Source of the DNA: an uncultured Anaerolineales bacterium | GTDB taxonomy: Bacteria; Chloroflexota; Anaerolineae; B4-G1 | Length of the DNA stretch: 64,000 bases | Direction of reading: 5' to 3' | Assembly (NCBI GenBank): GCA_964542755.1 | Contig: CAZIWL010000004.1 | Location: 20,916-84,915, forward strand | Part shown: positions 8,767 to 18,146 of the stretch, piece after piece | How positions within the stretch are numbered: the stretch's first letter is position 1 | Layout of the letters: every line of letters begins with the position of its first letter | Notes under the pieces: model-generated | Database searches by the model: none | Told to the model about the DNA's origin: nothing | Seen by the model: the letters and a program-made list of their open reading frames with translations, nothing else | Program-made: the position numbers and the translations under genes

Positions 8767-10347
8767 CTACGGTGCCTCCCGTCCGACGTGGTAGAGTTGA
8801 GTTCCGTGCTTGTCGTAGAACGTGAAAGCGAGGGTGGGCGGGGTCTCCCCGGACGAAGGGGAGACCATGATCTCGAGAAAGCCCCCACCAGGCTCCTTCT
8901 GCTGATAGAGTTGGGAAATCCTCCCCTCGGGATCGGTGGATCCTTCATCCCCGGGCTGCGGGCCTAGACGCGAGCTGCCGTCCACCAGGGCGCCAGCGCT
9001 GAACTCCTCGAAGCCCGACGGATGGATCGAGTGGTACTGCCAGTGGCGATCCCCGCAGACAAAGTAGACCTCTTTCTCGTCGAGATCCTGGTCGAGTAGC
9101 CAGTCGAAGAAACCTTCTCCCTCGTCCCGAAAGCCGAAGGGGTTTGTGTGGTTATCTCGCTTCCTTCGATCTCCTGCCTGCCCTACGGGGTTGCCGCCAA
9201 ACAGGGGGGCCAGGAATCCGCCCTGCTTGCCGGTCCATGCGTCGTCGGGACCGACCATTGGCGTGGGGGAGATGATAATCTTGAATGTCGCGTCGCTCTC
9301 CTTCAGCGTACTTTGCAGCCACGCCTTCTGCTCCTCACCCCACATGGTCTTGCCAGGCCCCGGATCGGCTATGTTGGGATCTCGGTGGTCACGTCCCTCG
9401 AGGAGCCAGATCTGCAGGAGGTCGTTGATCCGGTGGGTCCGGTAGGTGACGGCGTCTTGAACAAAGGGGTCGACAACCGGCACCTGCTCCAGGAAAACGC
9501 TTGCACCGACCTCAGGTAGCGGCTCGATGGTTCCGTAGGGATCGGCGTCGTCGTACCGGTAGTCGTGGTCGTCCTTTATCCAGTAACTGGGCACGGCCCG
9601 GAAGAGGGCTCTGAACCGCGGGGTGGCGAACTGCTTGTGCCACTTGGCGCGCATCGATTCTTGCTTTCGAGCACGGCCCAGGGCAGGACAGTCGTAGTAG
9701 ACGCTGTCCCCGGTGCTCACGAAGTAGTCGGGCTCCCTTGCGACGATGGTCTCCAGCGAGGGGAAGCCCAGTATCCTCTGCCGGAAACGGAAGTCCCTCA
9801 GTACTGTGGCTCGGAAGCTGTAACGGTGCATGGAGGTGACGGCGATGAGCCGCGTCTCGCGGGCGACGCCCCTTTCGTCCAGGGTGCGAAACGTGCCGGT
9901 GGGCCCCGCCTGGGCGGAGGACGGGTCGGGCCCCGAGAGCATCCTGTAGTAGTAGCGCGAGCCAGCGTCAAGGCTTTGGATGGCTTGCTTGACGATGAAA
10001 TCGCCCTCATCCGTGGCTTCCGTCCAGTCGGTGAGGAGAGCATCCTGGAAGCCCGGGTCCTTCGATAGGGCGAAGGCTGCCACGCCGGGTTGTCCCTGTA
10101 CATCCCCGAATGCGGCCGTGGGTTTGGTTGCCAGCCGGGCGCGGAGAATGACCGAATGGCGTGTCACCTCGCCAGCCATCTCGCCCTGCCAGTGCAGCGT
10201 AGGCTGGAGCGCGCCGCTCACTGACGGGTCTTCTCCCTGTGTCCCCGCTTCTGGCTGGCCAGGGGAAGCGCACCCTAGCAGTAGGGCGATGGAGATGAAG
10301 AGTGTGACGGGTATCGAGGGATATCTAGGTTGGATTTCACTGGACAT
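8767..10347 (-). CDS. PhoD-like phosphatase / metallophosphoesterase lipoprotein
   Basis: Lipoprotein signal MSSEIQPRYPSIPVTLFISIALLLGC with lipobox LLGC. An AAGGAG RBS sits 6 nt before ATG 10347; the track ORF extends to 10419. PhoD-like motifs STGDSVYYD, WIKDDHDYRY and GDRHWQYH. Confidence 0.8.
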   Translation of the reverse strand: MSSEIQPRYPSIPVTLFISIALLLGCASPGQPEAGTQGEDPSVSGALQPTLHWQGEMAGEVTRHSVILRARLATKPTAAFGDVQGQPGVAAFALSKDPGFQDALLTDWTEATDEGDFIVKQAIQSLDAGSRYYYRMLSGPDPSSAQAGPTGTFRTLDERGVARETRLIAVTSMHRYSFRATVLRDFRFRQRILGFPSLETIVAREPDYFVSTGDSVYYDCPALGRARKQESMRAKWHKQFATPRFRALFRAVPSYWIKDDHDYRYDDADPYGTIEPLPEVGASVFLEQVPVVDPFVQDAVTYRTHRINDLLQIWLLEGRDHRDPNIADPGPGKTMWGEEQKAWLQSTLKESDATFKIIISPTPMVGPDDAWTGKQGGFLAPLFGGNPVGQAGDRRKRDNHTNPFGFRDEGEGFFDWLLDQDLDEKEVYFVCGDRHWQYHSIHPSGFEEFSAGALVDGSSRLGPQPGDEGSTDPEGRISQLYQQKEPGGGFLEIMVSPSSGETPPTLAFTFYDKHGTQLYHVGREAP

Positions 10348-10825
10348 CGACGGGGGCTCCTTGGATGTCTGGGTCAACCACGACTGGGAAGCCAACGCCA
10401 CCATGGCGAGAGATGACAACCTCCGGCTGGTGCGTGCTGCGAGCTGGTCAGCGCCGTCGAAAAGCTGCTCCTGGTCGTCGAAGATGACGGGCGGGAACCG
10501 GCTCTGGCAGGCGGTCTTCGGGCCGACCAGGTCCCGGAGGGGCGGTACCCGATCGGGGCGTTCAGTGTGCCTCGAACCGCCGCCCTGAGTTCCGCAACGG
10601 GGGGCGGCGGCTTGACGTCACTCTCGGCGATAGCGCGCCAGGCTGTCGGGAGGGTCAGGGGCAAGTGGCGGTCCTCAGTCCGTCGGAATGCGATGGGTCT
10701 CATAACGCTGCGCTCGGTGTGCGCTGGTCGGATAATGGGAGATTGATTGACGAACCAACGGGCCGGATTGTACGGTCTTCCCGAGCCATGTCAAGGCGTG
10801 AGCCTTGCATGGAGAAGCAGCCCAG

Positions 10826-10857
10826 TTGTCAGGGCGGGGGGGTAAGAGTATACTCTT
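10826..10857 (+). promoter_or_regulatory. putative promoter TTGTCA-N17-TATACT for the aor operon, with a 14-bp perfect palindrome AAGAGTATACTCTT over the -10
   Basis: TTGTCA at 10826-10831, TATACT at 10849-10854, and a palindrome at 10844-10857 as a candidate operator. This leaves an untranslated leader of about 215 nt before the GTG at 11074. Confidence 0.45.
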
Positions 10858-11073
10858 TCCGAAGGGGACGGTCAGCGGCAAACCTTACGTGAGGATGCGC
10901 GCGATCATCCGTGCTGTACCTGCAACTCTGCGTCTCCGGCGGTTCCGTGTCGATGCTGCCCGTGTCGTTGCCGGTTGACCGCCGTGCTTCGACTCGATAT
11001 CGAAACCGTTTCTGAGACGGGCGGGGCACTGAGGCTTGAAGCGGATCCGAGTGGTGAGAAAGCGAGGTAGATT

Positions 11074-13035
11074 GTGCCTGGAGGATACTTTGGAAGGGTG
11101 CTCGTCGTTGACCTCTCGCGGGGAGTGCTGGGGGTCGAAACGTTGCCCGAGTCCGCCTACCGGGACGTCCTGGGCGGATACGGGCTGGGCGTCAAGCTCC
11201 TTTACGAGCGGATGCCGACTGGGGCCGACCCGCTGGGGCCCGAAAACATCCTCGGATTCCTCCCCGGCTTGCTCACGGGTTCTGGGGTCCTGTTCGGAGG
11301 GCGGTTTATGGTGGTGGCCAAGTCCCCGCTCACCGGGGGATGGGGTGATGCCAATTGCGGCGGTCACTTCGGCCCCGTCCTTCGGTCCACAGGCCTGGAC
11401 GGCGTCCTTGTGAAGGGTGTTGCCGAGCGACCGGTGACCTTGATGATCGATGAGAACGGCGCGTCGATCGAGGATGCGGGACCACTCTGGGGCCTGGATA
11501 CGTGGGAGACCGAGGAACGGCTCAAGGAGAGGACAGGCCGCGGTGCGCAGGTGGTGACGATCGGGCCGGCCGGGGAGAACCAATCGTTGATCGCGGCCAT
11601 CATCACGGACGGGGGCCGCGCCGCGGCCCGCTCTGGCCTTGCCGCTGTGATGGGGGCTAAGCGGCTCAAGGCCGTGGTGGCCCGGGGCAGAGAGCGGGTG
11701 CACCTCCACGATAAGGAGACACTGACCGAGGTCAGCCGGGACTACGGGCGCATCTTCAAGAAGCCATCCTCACCCGTCTCGAGGGTGCTCTTCGGGTGCA
11801 CGAAGACGTTCGCTCCCGTAATCAGAGTGATCGGGATCAAGCCGTCGGGCCCGGCAGATACGATCATCTACCTGTACAAGAAGTATGGTACCAGCGGCGC
11901 CACGGCCTTCACGACCGAAGTGGGGGATGCCCCGGTCTGGAACTGGCGGGGTGTAGGTGCGCGCGACTTCCCGCTCCGCCAAAGCAAGCGCGTCAGTGAC
12001 GAGGCGGTGATCAAATACCAGGTGAAGAACTACGGGTGCCGCTATTGTCCCGTGGCCTGCGGTGGGATCGTCCACATGGACGGGGAGCGGTACCAGGTGG
12101 AGGAGGCGCACAAGCCCGAGTACGAGACACTGGCGGCTTTTGGGCCGCTGCTGCTCAACGATGACCTGGAGACCATCGTCAAGGTCAACAGCTTGTGCGA
12201 CCGCTACGGTCTGGACACGATCTCAACGGGTACGGTAGCTGCCTTCGCGATGGAGTGCGCCGAGTACGGCTTGATCGATCGGGTGCTGGGCGACGGTGTG
12301 GAACTCTCCTGGGGCAACGGTGACGCTGTGGTCCATCTGGTCGGATTGATTGCGCGTCGTGAGGGCATCGGCGATCTTCTGGCGGATGGAGTGAAGCGGG
12401 CTGCCGAGCGGATCGGCGGAGAAGCCCCTTCCTTCGCGATGCACGCCGGCGGGCAAGAGCTGCCGATGCACGATTCGCGATACGAGCCGGGGCTGGGTTT
12501 AGCTTACGCCGTGGATCCGACGCCGGGCCGCCACAACACGGCGAACGGCGGCATCCTGGATGCCCCGATCTTGCGAACGATGCTGGCCGATAAGGGGCTT
12601 TCGCCGCCCAAACGGTATGCATATGAGAACAAGGGCACGGAGTTCGCGTTGCTGAACCGGTACCTCCAGGTGTTGAATTGTGCCGGGCTGTGCATGTTCT
12701 CGCTGGTGATGAGCGAGCCGCCGCTGCTGGACTGGCTCAACGCCGCGACGGGGTGGGGGTGGAGCCTGGAGGATATGCTCGAAGCAGGCCACCGCATCCA
12801 AGTGCTGCGCCACGCATTCAACCTCCGTGAAGGTCTCCCCGCGACTGGCTTCGAGCTGCCCCCGCGAGCGCTAGGAAGGCCTCCGCTCGAAGAAGGACCT
12901 CTGCGAGGTGTCACCCTGGACATGGAGGCGATGAAACGAGACTACTTCAACTGCATGGGCTACGACCCTACCGGCGTCCCCACCCCGGAGCTACTTGCGT
13001 CACTGGGGCTGTCGACCCTCCTCGAGGATCTGTAG
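11074..13035 (+). CDS. aor: aldehyde:ferredoxin oxidoreductase (tungsten/molybdopterin AOR family)
   Basis: 653 aa. The N-terminus MPGGYFGRVLVVDLSRG...GGYGLG is typical of the AOR N-terminal domain; GGHFGP, CxxC...C cluster ligands (CRYCPVAC) and length match AOR. Confidence 0.9.
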   Translation: MPGGYFGRVLVVDLSRGVLGVETLPESAYRDVLGGYGLGVKLLYERMPTGADPLGPENILGFLPGLLTGSGVLFGGRFMVVAKSPLTGGWGDANCGGHFGPVLRSTGLDGVLVKGVAERPVTLMIDENGASIEDAGPLWGLDTWETEERLKERTGRGAQVVTIGPAGENQSLIAAIITDGGRAAARSGLAAVMGAKRLKAVVARGRERVHLHDKETLTEVSRDYGRIFKKPSSPVSRVLFGCTKTFAPVIRVIGIKPSGPADTIIYLYKKYGTSGATAFTTEVGDAPVWNWRGVGARDFPLRQSKRVSDEAVIKYQVKNYGCRYCPVACGGIVHMDGERYQVEEAHKPEYETLAAFGPLLLNDDLETIVKVNSLCDRYGLDTISTGTVAAFAMECAEYGLIDRVLGDGVELSWGNGDAVVHLVGLIARREGIGDLLADGVKRAAERIGGEAPSFAMHAGGQELPMHDSRYEPGLGLAYAVDPTPGRHNTANGGILDAPILRTMLADKGLSPPKRYAYENKGTEFALLNRYLQVLNCAGLCMFSLVMSEPPLLDWLNAATGWGWSLEDMLEAGHRIQVLRHAFNLREGLPATGFELPPRALGRPPLEEGPLRGVTLDMEAMKRDYFNCMGYDPTGVPTPELLASLGLSTLLEDL

Positions 13036-13046
13036 GAGACGGAGAG

Positions 13047-14576
13047 ATGGAGCTAATCTACGACGCAGACGCTGATCTGGGCCTTTTGGACGACAAGACC
13101 ATCGCGGTCATCGGCTACGGGAACCAGGGCCGCGCCCAGGCCCTCAATCTCCGGGACAGCGGTCTCCGGGTCATCGTGGGTAACCGGGATGATGCCTACG
13201 CGGAGAGGGCGCGATCCGATGGTCTCCGAGTCGTGGCGATCGAGAAAGCTGCCGTCGAAGCCGACGTCCTCCTCTTCTTGATCCCTGACGAGGTCATGCC
13301 AAACGCATTCGAGCGGGATGTGGTGCCTGGGCTCAAGCCCGGGGACGTGCTGGTCTTCTCCTCGGGATACGCGATTGCCTTCGGCCTGCTCCGGCCGCCG
13401 AAGGACATTGACGTGGTGCTCGTCGCGCCCCGGATGATCGGCCAAGGGGTGCGCGACCACTACGTGGCCGGGAGCGGCTTCCCATCCTTCTTGGGCGTCG
13501 AGCAGGATTACACGGGCCAGGCGAGGGGGATAGCCCTGGCCATCGCGAAAGGCATCGGTTCGACCCGCGCTGGTGTGGTCGAGGTGTCATTCGCGGAGGA
13601 GGCAGAGCTGGATCTCTTCACGGAGCAGTGCTTCGGCCCCGCTTTCGGAAGGGTGTTGACGACTGCGGTCGAGCTGCTCCTGGAAGAGGGGTATCCGCCC
13701 GCCGCGGTCCTGCTGGAGCTCTACATGTCGGGTGAGTTCGCCTACACGATGGCGAAGATCGCCGAGATGGGCATTGTAGAGCAGAGCCAGCTTCACAGTC
13801 GGACGAGCCAGTACGGATCGATGACCCGCGGCATGCGGTTCCAACTACCGGGGCTGCGGGAGAAGATGTTGGAGGGGCTGGAGGAGATTCGAAGCGGTGC
13901 GTTCGCGCGGGAATGGGAGGCTGAGCAGGAGGAAGGGGCGCCCACGCTCGACATGCTGAAGGCATCGGCTCGATCGCTGCCACTCTACGAGCTTGAGCGG
14001 GACCTGCGTGAGGCACTCCGAGGGAGCCCTGGCCTGGGCCCCCAGCTGCGCCGAAGGGGCGTAGCTCCTGACCGCCGTCCAGAGCGAAAGAGGGACCGGG
14101 GGCTACCTGAGCGCATATTCGGCTTGATTGGGCGGTTGCTGGGACGCGGGAGACGAGTTGAGGGTGGGTACGAGGCATTGGATTCCCTCCCCGCTGATGC
14201 AATGAAGCTTATCTTAGAGCGCTTCGTGGACCTCGCCATCGATGATCCCGCCCTGCGTGGGTTCGCGGACGGGCGCAAGGTGACGACCCAGTACGTGCTG
14301 CGTGACTCCGACTTGTCGTTCTACTTAACCTTCGTGGAGGGCGGCGTGAAGGGTGGCGTCGGGATGCCCCCTGAGCCGGTCGAGGTCCGGTTGGAGATGG
14401 ATGCGGAGGTGTTGGATGGGATGCTGACGGGCACCATCAACGCTGCTCGTGCCGCGATGTCGGGGAGGGTGTCCTTCGAGGGCGATACCCGACGCGCCAT
14501 GACGGTACAGAGGATTCAAGGCGACCTGACCAGGCTCTACCGACAGGCACGGCGCGAGGCGCTGAGGCATGAATAG
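13047..14576 (+). CDS. ilvC: ketol-acid reductoisomerase (class I KARI) fused to a C-terminal SCP2 sterol-carrier-like domain
   Basis: Residues 1 to about 335 are KARI (IAVIGYGNQGRAQALNLRDSG Rossmann fold, knotted C-domain). A basic Arg/Pro-rich linker follows, then about 120 aa matching SCP2 (TQYVLRDSDLSFYLTFVEGGVKGG...MSGRVSFEGDTRRAMTVQRIQ). The gene starts 12 nt downstream of aor, so co-transcription is likely. Confidence 0.85.
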   Translation: MELIYDADADLGLLDDKTIAVIGYGNQGRAQALNLRDSGLRVIVGNRDDAYAERARSDGLRVVAIEKAAVEADVLLFLIPDEVMPNAFERDVVPGLKPGDVLVFSSGYAIAFGLLRPPKDIDVVLVAPRMIGQGVRDHYVAGSGFPSFLGVEQDYTGQARGIALAIAKGIGSTRAGVVEVSFAEEAELDLFTEQCFGPAFGRVLTTAVELLLEEGYPPAAVLLELYMSGEFAYTMAKIAEMGIVEQSQLHSRTSQYGSMTRGMRFQLPGLREKMLEGLEEIRSGAFAREWEAEQEEGAPTLDMLKASARSLPLYELERDLREALRGSPGLGPQLRRRGVAPDRRPERKRDRGLPERIFGLIGRLLGRGRRVEGGYEALDSLPADAMKLILERFVDLAIDDPALRGFADGRKVTTQYVLRDSDLSFYLTFVEGGVKGGVGMPPEPVEVRLEMDAEVLDGMLTGTINAARAAMSGRVSFEGDTRRAMTVQRIQGDLTRLYRQARREALRHE

Positions 14577-14693
14577 GGCCCGGGCAGGGACGCCAGCCGG
14601 ACCGCACGTGTCAGGGGCGAAGCACGAGCGTCATCGATAATGGACCGAGATCAGAATCACTTTTCGCCAGGTCCAATTGGAGAGGAGACCGTA

Positions 14694-15533
14694 ATGGATC
14701 TCGTACCCGGAATTGACGTCTCCAGGTGGCAGAGAGGGATCGATTGGGATCGGGTGGCCGAAGGCGGCCACCACTTCGCGGCTATCCGCGCCACCATCGG
14801 AAACTACTACACGGACCCGCGATTCTACGTCAACTGGGACGGGGCCCAGGAGGCCGGGCTGTTGGTCTCCGCCTACCACGTGGTGGCGCCTGAACGACCG
14901 GCGGACTCGCAGATGGATCGATTCTTCGAGGTTCTGGATGGCCGTCAATCTGACCTGCCGCTCGTTCTCGACGTCGAGCTGAGCCGTGACGTCAGCTCCG
15001 AGGGCATTACTGAGTGCGTCGCTTCGTGCGCCGAGATGGTCGAGGACGAGAGCGGGCGGAAGCCGGTGATCTACACGGCACGCTGGTTCTGGGACCGCCA
15101 CGTCGAGGAACGCCCAGAATGGGGGGACTACGATCTCTGGGTGGCACATTATGGGGTCCAGGAGCCCACCCTTCCACGCGGCTGGAAGACATGGAGGCTT
15201 TGGCAGTATTCGGATCGCGGGCAGGTAACGGGGATCGGTCCCGCGACCGACCTGAACCGATTCAACGGGGACGAGGAGGATCTTCTGGCCTATGTGAACG
15301 CGGAGGCCACCGACCAGGGGCCACCCCTGGAGGGACTCAAGGCCCGGGTCGCCGTGGAGCGCCTCCGCGTTCGGAGCGGTCCCGGGATGAACTACGAACA
15401 GGTAGGGGAGCTGCACGAAGGCGACCGGGTGAACGTGGTCTCCCTGTCGGGAGAGGACATCTGGATCCAGATCGAGCCTGGCAAATGGGCTCCGTATCGA
15501 GCTCTGGGCAAGCGCTACATGGAGCTGGAATAG
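14694..15533 (+). CDS. GH25 family lysozyme (muramidase) with a C-terminal SH3b domain; no signal peptide
   Basis: GH25 N-terminus MDLVPGIDVSRWQRGIDWDRV. C-terminus VERLRVRSGPGMNYEQVGELHEGDRVNVVS is a bacterial SH3. ATG 14694 is preceded by GGAGAGGAG; the track ORF starts at 14640. Confidence 0.8.
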   Translation: MDLVPGIDVSRWQRGIDWDRVAEGGHHFAAIRATIGNYYTDPRFYVNWDGAQEAGLLVSAYHVVAPERPADSQMDRFFEVLDGRQSDLPLVLDVELSRDVSSEGITECVASCAEMVEDESGRKPVIYTARWFWDRHVEERPEWGDYDLWVAHYGVQEPTLPRGWKTWRLWQYSDRGQVTGIGPATDLNRFNGDEEDLLAYVNAEATDQGPPLEGLKARVAVERLRVRSGPGMNYEQVGELHEGDRVNVVSLSGEDIWIQIEPGKWAPYRALGKRYMELE

Positions 15534-15668
15534 CGGGGGCATGGTGGTTCAGGGTCCTGACAGTGCGTCCACGTTTGGCCCCGAATGCCGACCTGACGGT
15601 GGCGTCATCACCTCCCCATCGGCGAGGGAGCCTGATGTGCTCGCGGGAAGGGGAGGGGGCAGGGCAGT

Positions 15669-16586
15669 GTGAAGGCCTTCGCCTGCGATCGACACACGAT
15701 ACTCCTCCCACGGGGCCACCGCTTTCCGATGGAGAAGTATCGGCTGTTGCGGGAGGCCGTGATCGAGAACGGCCTGCTGGGTACGGTCGAAATCATAGTC
15801 CCGGAGCCGGCTACTGACGAGCAGATCCTCCGCGCGCACCATCGATCGTATCTCACCAAAGTCGCCGAGGGCCGCCTCTCTGAGAGGGAGGTGCGACGGC
15901 TTGGTTTCCCCTGGTCACCTGAGCTGGTCCAACGCGCACGATGCTCTGTGGGAGGTACCATCGCGGCGTGTCGTGCCGCGCTGGAGGATGGCGTCGGCGT
16001 CAATCTGGCTGGCGGTACGCACCACGCCTTTCCGGACCACGGACAAGGGTACTGTTTGTTCAACGATGTGGTGATTGCCATTCGGGAGATGCAGGCCGTG
16101 GGTCAAATCCACCGGGCTGTCGTTCTCGATGGTGACGTGCACCAAGGCAACGGCACGGCGGCCATGGTTGCGGACGACCCTACGGTCTTCACCTTCTCCC
16201 TCCACGGCGCGCACAACTTCCCTCTGCGCAAGGAGCGAAGCGACCTGGATATCGGGCTCGAGGACGGGGCGGGCGACGATGTCTTCCTGGCGACCTGGAG
16301 CAGGGGGGTGGACCAGGCGCTCGCGAGCTCGAGTCCTGATCTCGCCATCTTCTTGGCTGGAGCGGATCCCTTCTGGGACGATCGTCTCGGCAGACTGGCT
16401 GTGACCAAAGGTGGATTAGCTGAGCGGGACGAGCTCGTTCTCCAGCGCTGCGGCCAAGTTGGGATTCCCGTGGCGGTCGCGATGGGCGGCGGCTACTCAC
16501 GGGACGTGCGAGATACCGTACGGATCCACCTGCAGACGATACAGATCGCGGCCGCGGTCTCCGCGCGGCTCAAGGCTTGCCAGTAG
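15669..16586 (+). CDS. histone deacetylase-family protein (AcuC/acetylpolyamine amidohydrolase-like)
   Basis: 305 aa. Class I/II HDAC-fold motifs GGTHHAFPDHGQGYCLFND, VLDGDVHQGNGT and FSLHG. Confidence 0.8.
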   Translation: MKAFACDRHTILLPRGHRFPMEKYRLLREAVIENGLLGTVEIIVPEPATDEQILRAHHRSYLTKVAEGRLSEREVRRLGFPWSPELVQRARCSVGGTIAACRAALEDGVGVNLAGGTHHAFPDHGQGYCLFNDVVIAIREMQAVGQIHRAVVLDGDVHQGNGTAAMVADDPTVFTFSLHGAHNFPLRKERSDLDIGLEDGAGDDVFLATWSRGVDQALASSSPDLAIFLAGADPFWDDRLGRLAVTKGGLAERDELVLQRCGQVGIPVAVAMGGGYSRDVRDTVRIHLQTIQIAAAVSARLKACQ

Positions 16587-16838
16587 GGCCAACCTCCGCC
16601 GATTCGCTTTCCTGAATGCCAATCAAGACGCCTGGTCCGCCGCGCGCATGCCCAAGGACCCCCGTGGTTGCCCGCCACGCGGACTCACCCCTTCACCCAG
16701 ATAGCAGCCTCCTTGACGGACGGTGCCTTGGGATAGGCACTTTTCTCGTCGAGCGGATGCCCCCTGGCAGGATTGAGGCTTGGCCCATCAGGCGGGGCTG
16801 GAACGCCTGAGAGATGACGGGGGTTGCCCAAAGCGATC

Positions 16839-16876
16839 GACAAATACTTGACAAATACTAGAAGGTGTGGTATACT
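16839..16876 (+). promoter_or_regulatory. consensus sigma70-type promoter TTGACA-N17-TATACT with two 10-bp direct repeats GACAAATACT
   Basis: TTGACA at 16848-16853 and TATACT at 16871-16876. Direct repeats at 16839-16848 and 16850-16859 are spaced 11 bp apart, with the second overlapping the -35. This is about 55 nt upstream of the DUF3243 gene. Confidence 0.55.
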
Positions 16877-16930
16877 CAGACTAGTGATGGAATGGGACTG
16901 GTAACATGTGCGCGGGGTGAAGGGGGCGAG

Positions 16931-17209
16931 ATGGACGTCAACAAGAAGCTTGAATGCATCAATATGATGGAATACGTGGGGGATTGGGCCGAGTGGCGGA
17001 AGAACCTTCGCCGGGCCGTCAGCGTGGGCAAGAAGGTGGGCATGTCGGAAGAGGAGATGGAGGGTCTAGCGACCCAAATCGGCGATTTCCTGGCGGAGAA
17101 GGTCTGTCCGGCGACGCCGGAGGAAGAGCTCCTCAAGGAGATGTGGGCTGCGGCCTCGCCCGATGAGCGGAGGGTGATCGCAGGGCTGATGGTCAAGATG
17201 TCGGAGTAG
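16931..17209 (+). CDS. DUF3243 (YmfJ-like) small protein
   Basis: 92 aa from ATG 16931, with the RBS GAAGGGGGCGAG. Similarity to Bacillus YmfJ/DUF3243: EEMEGLATQIGDFLAEKV...EEELLKEMWAAASPDERRVIAGLMVKM. Confidence 0.65.
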   Translation: MDVNKKLECINMMEYVGDWAEWRKNLRRAVSVGKKVGMSEEEMEGLATQIGDFLAEKVCPATPEEELLKEMWAAASPDERRVIAGLMVKMSE

Positions 17210-17308
17210 GCCATTCGAGCGCTCGGGTAAGCGCTAGGCGCGGTCGGGGCAGTACGCCGAGGCCGCGCCTTTGCGTTGATGTGATCGGAACAGGTAGGGA
17301 GGTTGCTG

Positions 17309-17941
17309 ATGAAGACGGCGATGGTCTGGGGAGCGAGCGGGGGTATTGGGACGGCACTTGTGGAGCAACTCGCGGCTAGGGATTGGAAGGTCATCGCCCT
17401 GGCCCGTGTTCCTGAAGAGGTGACCGACCGAGCCACCGAAGTGATCGAGATGGACGTGGCGGACGCCGAAAGTGTGCGCCTTGCCGTGGAGCAGGTCAGC
17501 GAGCTGGTCGACAATGTTGACCTTTGGATCTACGCGGCAGGCGATATCCTCTCGCAGAAAGTGGTAGACATGGCGCCTGGGGATTGGGCGCAAATCCTCA
17601 ACGCCAATCTGACAGGGGCCTACCTCGCGGCGCATTTCAGTCTTCCGTTGCTGGGCAACGACGCTCACTTGGTCTTCCTGGGTGGCGTCAGCGAACGGTT
17701 GCGCCTGCCAGGGCTGGGAGCCTATGCGTCGGCCAAGGCTGGCCTTGAGGCCTTTGCCGACGTGCTCCGAAAGGAGGAGCGTGGGCGCCGTGTGACAGTC
17801 GTCAGACCGAAGGCAGTGGATACGGACCTCTGGGAGAAAGTACCGTTCTCGGTACCGCGGGGGGCTGTGGAGCCGAAGGCCCTCGCGGAGCGCGTGCTGG
17901 AGGCTCATGAGGAGGGCGAGAGCGGAGTGCTTGACCTCTAA
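17309..17941 (+). CDS. SDR family NAD(P)-dependent oxidoreductase
   Basis: TAMVWGASGGIGTALVEQL (TGxxxGxG), plus the YAAGD..NLTGAY and YASAKAG (YxxxK) catalytic motif. ATG 17309 is preceded by GGGAGG. Confidence 0.8.
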   Translation: MKTAMVWGASGGIGTALVEQLAARDWKVIALARVPEEVTDRATEVIEMDVADAESVRLAVEQVSELVDNVDLWIYAAGDILSQKVVDMAPGDWAQILNANLTGAYLAAHFSLPLLGNDAHLVFLGGVSERLRLPGLGAYASAKAGLEAFADVLRKEERGRRVTVVRPKAVDTDLWEKVPFSVPRGAVEPKALAERVLEAHEEGESGVLDL

Positions 17942-18117
17942 TCGGATGGTTTCCCCCGTTCCGGCGTTGGCTAGAGTCCGGACGTGGGGCACGTCGCAGC
18001 CAGAAGGACCACGCCCAAGCACCTCCACGCTTGGGGCGTACGTGCATCATCGCCCTTGCTGTCCAGCCTATGTGAGGAGGTAAGTCTTGATCGAAGGATG
18101 GTGCGGGCGACTCTCCT

Positions 18118-18146
18118 TTGACGCACCCTTCCTTTGCTGATACAAT
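18118..18146 (+). promoter_or_regulatory. putative promoter TTGACG-N17-TACAAT upstream of the photolyase operon
   Basis: TTGACG at 18118-18123 and TACAAT at 18141-18146. This leaves a leader of about 190-230 nt with inverted repeats CCGATGGG / CCCATCGG. Confidence 0.45.

Noticed and set aside
10885-11709. 274-aa minus-strand ORF overlapping the start of aor
   Set aside because: Antisense to a gene with unambiguous AOR motifs. The translation is Arg/Pro-rich low complexity.
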